Positions 50,401 to 60,244 of a DNA stretch of 64,000 nt are shown here, one piece after another. The first letter of the stretch is position 1; every line of letters begins with the position of its first letter. Origin of the DNA: Amphiscolops sp. MND2022 (lineage: Eukaryota); assembly GCA_964187785.1 (NCBI GenBank), contig OZ076420.1, positions 55,180,001 through 55,244,000 on the forward strand. Direction: 5' to 3'. The position numbers and the translations under genes were made by a program. Below the pieces are notes generated by a model. It was not told the origin of the DNA and did no database searches. It saw only the letters and a program-made list of their open reading frames with translations.

Positions 50401-52388
50401 CAATTTGAACGTTTTTAGGGACGTAAATTAGTACCATATCCGATATTACCCGTACATGGTTTTACTCGTACATGTATTACTCGTACTAGTAGGTAATAAG
50501 TCATACTCGTACATGGTTTTGCTTCATTGTTAACTCTTTTGTTGTGTTGGAACAGGGAAAAGGTGTTCGAATCAATCTGGAGTACAACCTGACAATGCCA
50601 GAGATCCTTGGAAGACATGGCTGGCTGTATAACGAAACGAAAGCCCTACATGATGAAGGAGCTATTCTGAGCTGCTCAGGTGATTCGCCATTCCAACTGA
50701 CAATGTTGAAGGAAGTCAGCAGTGACGTGTCATGTCATTCCAAAATGTGTCTGTATGTTCCTGACCCGATGTGTGTGTCCACCTTGGATAGAGCGGGTTC
50801 AAAGCAACAGACCCAAACAAACAAAAAAGGATTGGAAGCAAAGGGCGTCATCCTCCCATCGACAGTAGATTGTGTCACCGGTCGAAGGACAGAATTGAAC
50901 ATCGAAGTCAACGAGGAAATTCCAAAAGAGTCCCTTTTGTTTTTAAAATCAACGTTCAATACCTGCCCGGATGTTCTTCACATGATTGTTCGTTCGGTAG
51001 AGAGTGATCTCAAGTTACATGTTGACGCACTGCTATTATCGAAAGATGCAAATGCCATTTCAAGACTTGAGTGCAATATAACTGACCGAAATGTCAAGCC
51101 TCCGCGATTCAAATTTGAGTTTGTTGACAAGCTTTGCAAACCCGTTTCACTGAGCTTCAGAGACGCTGAGGTCATCTTATCTGACTGCACAAGGACGAGT
51201 GAATACGGACGGACGGACCAGCCACTCTTTGAAGGAGTCTACTCTAAGGAAACACCATACATTTATAAAACAGATCAAACGGGATCAACCACCCCTTACA
51301 ATGTTCTTATATCTTTAGTAGGCGACTTGGAAAAATCATTTTCGAAAGGGATCGGGCTTTCTGTTAGGACACTAGCAGACCTTCAATTTCAGTCCTTATA
51401 CCATTTACTGGAAATACTTCGGCAACGGGAACTATCTCAGGCTGACCTCCAGAGGTGTAAAAACCTATATGAAACGTACTACCAATGTACTGTGTGTCTC
51501 TTTGGAGATCGTGGTTTGACACCTTACAAACTCAAACTCGACATGTTGCTTAGAATTGTCGAAAAGTGTGAAATACTGCCCCCTTTCTTTTACATGACAG
51601 AAGGTACTGAAAAGAGTCACCATACGGCAAACAAAGACTATAACTCGAAAACAATGAGAGACGGTGGTAATGATGCTTGGAACATGTCCTCAAATTATTT
51701 AGACATTCAGTTTTCGTTTCGCAGGGCCATCACTTTATGTTCATCAAAGGCAGCAATGCTTCGTCGATATCGGCACGTGAATGAAAATGTCAAATCGTAC
51801 CTCGAGATATGTCGAGAGCCTATTCCAGAGCCTGTACTTGATAATCAAAGAACTGATGATATTTTCAGGTGCATCAATTTTGTTGTTCTGGGGTCTTATG
51901 GCCACATAAAAGAAACACAAAGCAGCATCGAAAAGAAGATCAGAGAAAATGGTGGCACGATTCTCAACAACACAGACATCGTGAGTAGAAGCAAGTTGAG
52001 TTTTTTAAGTCACCATTACTGTGTTCTACCTAATCGCAATGTCATCGATACCTTTATTGGAAGCCCACTGACCAAAGAAACAGCAACAACAAAGGCGTTT
52101 TTTCTCACGACACAGGGCAATTGGACCTACATAAGTGCATTTTTCATCCTGGCGTGTTTGAAGGAGAAGTCACTCGTGGACCCCAAAGATTATATGTTCA
52201 ATGTGGATGTATCCGCGAAGATTAAGTTCAGAAGAATTCGGCACAAGTCAATTGCCCCCCAATTGCAACGTCAATCACAGCCCATGACATCTGCCAGTGG
52301 CTCCATTACCTATCACACAGCGTTGCGGAAGTACAAGAATGCAATACAGAGAAATTTTTTGAAAAGGAAGATCAGTTGTGTCGATTGA
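47489..52388 (+). CDS. Three-exon gene (47489-47657, 48807-49912, 50556-52388; 1035 aa): Transib/RAG1-like DDE fold plus C-terminal BRCT
   Basis: Phase-compatible GT-AG junctions (GCAG|GTAAAA..TTGCAG|GG; GAC|GTGAGT..AACAG|GGA) give 3108 nt with no internal stop. Motifs RVDIYGDAM, SCSGDSPF..C, LTPY..MTEGTEKSHH; BRCT-like IFRCINFVVLG..IRENGG..SAFFILAC..DPKDY. Confidence 0.72.
48093..48369. mobile_element. MITE in intron 1, imperfect TIR GGT(T/G)..GGACATTACGCCCAA, 9-bp TSD GATTGGAAT
   Basis: TSD at 48084-48092 and 48370-48378. Confidence 0.85.
50045..50259. mobile_element. Second copy of the GGATCTTTTC MITE, in intron 2, opposite orientation, flanks inverted rather than duplicated
   Basis: Internal sequence is approximately the reverse complement of 45010-45214; inverted symmetry extends to ~50011/50295. 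Confidence 0.8.
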
Positions 52389-52539
52389 TGTCAATGATAT
52401 TCGTAAATTTTCAAAGAAATGAAAAGCAGCCCAGTCCTGTAGTAACCACCGGCTCTCATTGTTTTCGAGTTATTGTCCTTGAGAGTTCCACTGGCAGAGC
52501 TGGTTTGTCAGGATCAAACTTTGCTGAAAAAGCGTGGAC

Positions 52540-53768
52540 CCCATTGCGTGATGTGATGATTAAGGGATTGGGCTAGGTTGATCAGAACAAAAAAGAGTGG
52601 AATAAATGTATTTTCAGCATCTAAAACTAATAGTTCGTAGGCTTCGCCTCGTGTTGGTTTGGATGAGTGCGATACAATTGTTCCACTCAACAAAAAAATC
52701 AAAAAAGAGTTGATGGCTCACAAAAAACCAAAAAAAAAACAAAAAAAACGAATTGGGTTGAGAAACCCACCAAAAACATCAAAAAAGAGTTGATGCAAGA
52801 GCAACTTCATTTTCTCTAGTCAATAATTCGTAGGCTTCGCCTCGTGTTGTATTAGATGGATGTTTTTCTCTTGTTAGGCTCACAAAAAACCAAAAAAAAA
52901 CAAAAAACGAAATGGGTTTCTCAAGTTGAGAAACCCACCAAAAACATCAAAAAAGAGTTGGTGCAAGAGCAACTTCATTTTCTCTAGTCAATAATTCGTA
53001 GGCTTCGCCTCGTGTTGTATTAGATGGATGTTTTTCTCTTGTTAGGCTCACAAAAAAACCCAAAAAAAAAACGAAAAATGGGGCTTAGACAGCTCCAATT
53101 AGGAAACTTCAAAAAATATTGAAAAGTTAAATGGGTCGACAAAAGGCAGATGCATGACAACTCTCGAGTAGCAGCAAAACTTTCGGGTTGCTGCATGGCA
53201 TGCAAAGTATCTTTTCTAACCTACAAACTTTTTGAAAACTTTTGTAATAATGAGAACATACAAAACCCATCTTGGTTTTTAATGAATCTGCTTAAATTTA
53301 GATTAGATTACACTAGATTACCTTAGATTAGATTATAATACATTAGATTAGATTAGAACTTAGAAAAATTGAAAAAAGAGTCGGTCCAAGTTCATCTGAA
53401 TCATCTGTAGTCAATAGTTCGTAGGCTTCGCCTCGTGTTGATTTGGATGGTTCTGATATCCTCGTTCCACTTGCTAAAAAAACTTTGATGAACAAAAAAA
53501 CTAAAAAATGCGAAATCCAAAAAAATGAGAAGTGTCGGTCCAAGTTCATCTTAACCATCTGTAGCCAGTGGTTCGTAGGCTTCGCCTCGTGTTGGCTTGG
53601 ATGGTTGTGATGCCCTCGTTCCACTTGCTAAAAAACGAAAAAATCCAAAATGAAAAATCTAACAAAATGCAAAATCCAAAAAACCGTTTTTTGGGGCCCA
53701 GATAGCGTGTGTCCTCGTCGCGGCCCTGGGTACTGGTGTGACAAGACCAGTAGCAAGAGCGCTATCAA
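52540..53768 (-). repeat. Trailer module T, copy 2 (five hairpin units)
   Basis: AGGCTTCGCCT at 52639, 52832, 53000, 53423 and 53577. Confidence 0.85.
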
Positions 53769-54039
53769 ACATTTTTGTCTGACAGAAAATATTGTTCTTT
53801 TTCCACCACTTTAAATCCAAGGAGAGAAGCAAATGCAAGTCAAAATTAAAGCGATGTTGTTTGTAAAAGTAAAAGTTTTTCCTGGAAAAGAGTTTATTTC
53901 CTCATTGAAATTCCTACAATTTTCAATTTAAATATTCGCTTAGCTTTCTTTTAGATTCACTGTCGAGGTTGAATGTGGATAACGAGTTTGAAGTCCTACA
54001 CGACGACAACTTGTCGAATACGCCCTGGCAGGGCATCTG

Positions 54040-54350
54040 GATTTGTTATTCATAACAATCATCCTAATGACGAATCTACAATCATCCAGACCGATAACGA
54101 CAGATCGATCAACTGGATAATGGCATCGAGACAAGTGCCAATGTCAGTATCAGTGTGCGATGACGTGGACAACAAAGACCGTCATGTCAGTGACTGACCC
54201 CTGTGCAGCCAGTGGCAATCCACCACCCAATCGGACCCCCAACTTGAAACCCACTCCGAAGAGTCTTCAACCACTGGCACTGACCCTTCATCTCAGGCTG
54301 ATCATTTGTCAATTCTTCCGGCCAGTGAACTCTGATTTTGAAAACTGTTC
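54040..54350 (+). pseudogene. Fragment whose 3' half matches the C-terminus of the SET gene (mirror copy at ~37510-37830)
   Basis: QSDPQ..SSTTGTDPSSQADHLSILPASEL* vs QSDPQTHSSTTGTDPSSQTNYLSILPASEL*; 1-nt insertion ~54215. Confidence 0.75.
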
Positions 54351-55981
54351 CTTGGGGTTTATCTTTTAAAATTTTTTTTGGTTCAACGAACTATTGCTAA
54401 TTTTAGTAAATTTAAATATTCAACATTTCCTTTGTTTCGTTCACTATTCGGACTTCGGTTTGAAGTAAAATGCTTTCAAGTTCATTAAGGTTTTTCTTTA
54501 AAAAGCAACGAGGTTTTTGACAAGGTCTTTTTGACCAAAGTCACTCATACGAAGTTTTTCGACGAAGTCTCACTTATCCTACTGTTAAAATTCCATTACT
54601 GACGGTTAAGTTTGACTCAGAAATAGTTTTGAATAAAGTTGATGTCATGCCCGAATAGCATACACATTTCATTTACTACTTTCAAACTTACATACATTTC
54701 AAACTTACTACATGCTAATATGACTGAGACAAACAGTTGTCAAACACATTCATGTCCATTGGGATATCTTCAACCCCGCTTTCATGCCGATTGACATGAT
54801 GTATTTGACAACGACTTGTATAGTCGTCAGAAACTGCAAATAAAGCACAACGCAAGCTAACAAGCTAAAAACTCATGAAATATTTTTACAAGGAAAGTAC
54901 AACCGGCTTATCCAGTCGTCAATTTAATTAAAATCATCACAAACAGTTCATCTGCAACCATTCTTTTGTGTTCATAACTTTTCATTTCCATACCATTGTA
55001 GTATCATGTAGTACATTCAATCCTTGCTGTACTATCAGTAACCAACGTAGTAGTGAGTAAGTTTGTTGCCAATTCATATTTAACCAACTTGGAAAAATCA
55101 GCGCAAGTACGACTGGAACACACAGTCATCAGATTTCCCCTTTTTGAATAAATCCCGTCCTTGAGTGCAATATTCAAGTTTTGGATACGAAACTGATGGA
55201 TGGGGGGAATATAGCACAATATTGACTTTAAAGATTTACCAACGTTCCAAGTATTTAAGGGCAGCGACCGACAAATATTAATACCGCTCGTTTCCCCCAA
55301 TCAGCGTTGATTGCAAGAGAATGATGAATGCTTCAAAGTGGAAAACAATCAAAGTGTGTAAGTTAGTGATAACTTTGACTGTTTTCCACTGATCATTTTC
55401 TCAATGCCGCATGTCCTCCTCGATTACTTTACACCGCGTCAACAGCAAACACAAGTCTAGCATGGAATCCACAAGACGATCCCTTGAACCTTGGCCAAAG
55501 ATCAAGACCGGATCCAAGGACATGAGGCACAAACGATAAAAAACAGATAAAGTATAGTGGATAGGGGCACAAATTAGACTTAGAATGAAAGATTTATCGT
55601 TTTAGCAACTTGAACGTTCCAAATTTTTAAGGAGAAGGTTTCTTCGAGGATCTGTTAACGATAAAAATTTTTCATCGTTTTTACATCGCTTCATCATCGG
55701 GCACGATTATTCGACTAGTAGCACTGAATAATGTAAAAATTTTCATCGCTCCTTTATCGTTTTCCAGAATTTCACTAAATCGCGTGTGTAGCTGATGTAA
55801 GAGATGGAGTAAGGATTCATGTATATTCTGAAAATTCATCGTTTTTACATTGCTTCATTATCGACCACGATTATTCGACTAGAAGCACTGAACGATAAGC
55901 AAACGATGTAAAATTTTTGTCGTTCTTTCATCGTTTTCCCAGGAGTTCCTTGAATCGCGTGTGTAAGTGATGTAACTGAGA

Positions 55982-57617
55982 TGAACAACTTGGAAGCAGT
56001 AATGACGACTGCAAGTGTTGGTTGTCACTAGAAGTGTTTGTTGAAACGGAATATCATTTGAACAACTTGGAAGCAGTAATGACGACTGCAAGTGTTGGTC
56101 GTCACTAGAAGTGTTTGTTGAAACGGAATATCATTTGAACAACTTGGAAGCAGTAATGACGACTGCAAGTTTTGGTCGTCACTAGAAGTGTTTGTTGAAT
56201 CGGAATATCATTTGAACAACTTGGAAGCAGTACTGACGACTGCAAGTGTTGGTAGTCACTAGAAGTGTTTGTTGAATCGGAATATCATTTGAACAACTTT
56301 GAAGCAGTACTGACGACTGCAAGTGTTGGTCGTCACTAGAAGTGTTTGTTGAATCGGAATATCATTTGAACAACTTGGAAGCAGTAATGACGACTGCAAA
56401 TGTTGGTCGTCACTAGAAGTGTTTGTTGAAACGGAATATCATTTGAACAACTTGGAAGCAGTAATGACGACTGCAAGTGTTGGTCGTCACTAGAAGTGTT
56501 TGTTGAAACGGAATATCATTTGAACAACTTGGAAGCAGTAATGACGACTGCAAGTGTTGGTCGTCACTAGAAGTGTTTGTTGAAACGGAATATCATTTGA
56601 ACAACTTGGATGCAGTAATGACGACTGCAAGTGTTGGTCGTCACTAGAAGTGTTTGTTGAAACGAAATATCATTTGAACAACTTGGAAGCAGTATTGACG
56701 ACTGCAAGTGTTGGTCGTCACTAGAAGTGTTTGTTGAAACGGAATATCATTTGAACAACTTGGAAGCAGTAATGACGACTGCAAGTGTTGGTCGTCACTA
56801 GAAGTGTTTGTTGAAACGGAATATCATTTGAACAACTTGGAAGCAGTAATGACGACTGCAAGTGTTGGTCGTCACTAGAAGTGTTTGTTGAAACGGAATA
56901 TCATTTGAACAACTTGGAAGCAGTAATGACGACTGCAAGTTTTGGTCGTCACTAGAAGTGTTTGTTGAATCGGAATATCATTTGAACAACTTGGAAGCAG
57001 TACTGACGACTGCAAGTGTTGGTCGTCACTAGAAGTGTTTGTTGAATCGGAATATCATTTGAACAACTTTGAAGCAGTACTGACGACTGCAAGTGTTGGT
57101 CGTCACTAGAAGTGTTTGTTGAATCGGAATATCATTTGAACAACTTGGAAGCAGTAATGACGACTGCAAGTGTTGGTCGTCACTAGAAGTGTTTGTTGAA
57201 ACGGAATATCATTTGAACAACTTGGAAGCAGTAATGACGACTGCAAGTGTTGGTCGTCACTAGAAGTGTTTGTTGAAACGGAATATCATTTGAACAACTT
57301 GGAAGCAGTAATGACGACTGCAAGTGTTGGTCGTCACTAGAAGTGTTTGTTGAAACGGAATATCATTTGAACAACTTGGAAGCAGTAATGACGACTGCAA
57401 GTGTTGGTCGTCACTAGAAGTGTTTGTTGAAACGGAATATCATTTGAACAACTTGGAAGCAGTATTGACGACTGCAAGTGTTGGTCGTCACTAGAAGTGT
57501 TTGTTGAAACGGAATATCATTTGAACAACTTGGAAGCAGTAATGACGACTGCAAGTGTTGGTCGTCACTAGAAGTGTTTGTTGAAACGGAATATCATTTG
57601 AACAACTTGGAAGCAGT
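55982..57617 (+). repeat. 77-bp tandem repeat array 3 (~21 units) with a 770-bp higher-order duplication
   Basis: Same unit; diagnostic variants recur at a 770-bp offset (56171/56941, 56691/57461). Confidence 0.95.
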
Positions 57618-59139
57618 AGTTATTTTTAGAAACCTTTATTCATGTATTCATATCCCCTGAATTAAGAAAGTTCATCTTATTTTCATTACATAAAAGAGCA
57701 ATTGTGCTGGATTGGTCATTTGAATGTAAATACATCGATAATTTATCGTTAGATTGAAATCGTGCTAGAGTGAATAGTATAGGAAGTCCATCCCTTTTTC
57801 ATCGCTGTATCGAATTTGATGCTGACTTAGTAGAGAATATTGCTAAGTTCATCGTCATTTGAAATTGTGGTGGGGGTAATTAACAGAAAAGATCCAAAAA
57901 TTGTTTTGAAGAGATTCTGGGACTAAACCGAGTGACCTAAACCAACTTGAACCAACTTAAAGCACAACCAACACACATAATACAAAGAACTTATGAAATT
58001 ACCTCAATCCATATATATGTAAGTTCTAATTTGAGTCAGCCTTAAGTTGAGGTGTTACTAATTAGTAATTAGTATCACTCGTGGCCAAATGCCCTACTGG
58101 GGCATACCGCTATGATGGAATAACGGGATCATCACTCAATAAACCATATAGTACAATATTGACTTAAAAGATTTACCAACGTTCCAAGTATTTAGGGGGC
58201 AGCGACCGACAAATATTAATACTGCTCGTTTCCGCCAATCAGCGTTGATTGCAAGAGAATGATGAATGCTTCAAAGTGGAAAACAATCAAAGTGTGTAAG
58301 TTAGTGATAACTTTGACTGTTTTCCACTGATCATTTTCTCAATGCCGCATGTCCTCCTCGATTACTTTACACCGCGTCAACAGCAAACACAAGTCTATCA
58401 TCTTTAACTCAGTAACGCGCTGGAAATAACAAATATGGGAGGAAATTTATCTTTTTTTCATCGCAAACCCAACTGGTGCTGAATTTGGGTGAATATAGTT
58501 GGGAATTCTTCCTCTTGACATACGCTAAAAATCTACTAGTTTTTATCACCTATTCATCCGTGCAATAGAATAACGTTCGATTTTGACTGTATTGCTTGGA
58601 GAATCCATCGCCTTTTCATCGCTTAATGTGTTTTACCTTGATTTGACTCAGTATTAGTACAATAACGATCATTTTCATCATGTTTTCATCTCAGCAATGG
58701 AGAGAGGCTTTGAAAATTTTTAGAATATACTTCAATCCTTACTTCATCTCAGTTACATGTTGAACACGCGATCTATTAGAGAGATTTTAGCGATGTAAAA
58801 AGGATGAAAGAATCCAAAACTTGAATATTGCACTCAAGGACAGGACTAATTCGAAAAGGGGAAATCTGGTGACTGTGTGTTCCAGTCGTACTTGCGCTGA
58901 TATTTGGTCAAATATGAATTGGCAACAAACTTACTCACTACTACGTTGGTTACTAATAGTACAGCAAGGATTGGATGTACTACAGGATACTACAATGGTA
59001 TGGAAATGAAAAGTTGTGAACACAAAATAATGGTTGCAGCCACATTGTATCAATCAAGCCACCACAGTCACACTTTTTATAGATAGATTTAGGATAAACT
59101 TTCTCATTTTCTTGTGTGCGTGTGTTACAACGATGTATA

Positions 59140-60146
59140 AACGATCCTCTTCAAGTGAGAAAATGAGATGCATAAATGGGGCATCGGCTCAGGCCGTAAA
59201 TGCAGTTGAACAAATTCGCTGATGAATTTGCGATGAGTTTTACAGATGAAGTATTAAATACCCTTTTTCAAAATTAATCCGGTGATGGATTTACGATGAG
59301 CTTACGCTTGGCTCTGTCTAATGTCCGCTCATCCGATGAACTTGAATTGGTGTTAATTATCAACACTCGTGGCCGAATGCCTTAATAATAATTAACACCG
59401 TGTGTGGTGACCAATTCAAGTGATTAACACCAATTTATAATAGCGCCATGATGGTTTATTGAGTGACGATCAGGTTATTCCATCATGGCGGTATGCCTCA
59501 GTAAGGCATTTGGCCACGAGTGATACTAATTACTAATTAGTAACACCTCAACTTAAGGCTGACTCAAATTAACTTAAGCTGACTCAAGTTGATCTACTAG
59601 TAATTGACCTAATCCTAATATCTCCTTGTCAACTCGATTGTTCACTTCTCTCTCCAATCTTCTTGCTTTGCATTTCGAACTTACAAACTTCAAATCTTCG
59701 TACCAAACTACAAACAATCTCCAATCTTTCTGCTTTGCATTTCGAACTTACAAACTTTAGAAACAAACTTGCATTTCTAGCTTAAAACTTGTAAACTACT
59801 GAAACTTCTGAAATTTAGAAAGTTTGAAAAAAATTTTGAAACAATTGGAAACATTTGAAGTTTGAAAAATTTAAAAAGTCACAAAACGGTTTTCAAACTT
59901 GAAGGTTTTGAAAACTTGAAGTTGCATTTCTAACATAAAACTTCAAGTAAGTTACAAACTTTAGAAACAAACTTACAAATTTAGAGTTTGCAAAAAAAAT
60001 TGAAAGTGAAAAATTTAGAACCGTTCATTTCTAACGTGACGTTGCATTTCTAACTTAAAACATAAACTTCTGAAAGTTTTGAATCTTCTAAAATTTGACG
60101 TCTTTCTTGGCCTATTTGATTTAATCTACTAGAGTAATCTACTATT
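59140..60146 (+). promoter_or_regulatory. Shared upstream module P, copy 3 (with expanded AAACTT-type repeats ~59815-60090)
   Basis: Matches copies 1 and 2; TGACGTC at 60096-60102; ATG ~99 nt downstream. Confidence 0.68.
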
Positions 60147-60244
60147 AGCAAAGGTTTTTAACTCACAAACTTTTAAAAATTTTGATTTTTTTGGAAACTG
60201 CTCATCTTTAAGTTGCTTTTGCTCCAATTGAAAACCTTCTAACG

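Noticed and set aside
21842-57617. 77-bp hairpin-containing arrays as CRISPR
   Set aside because: Units are contiguous and near-identical with no unique spacers, there are no cas genes, and the context is eukaryotic.
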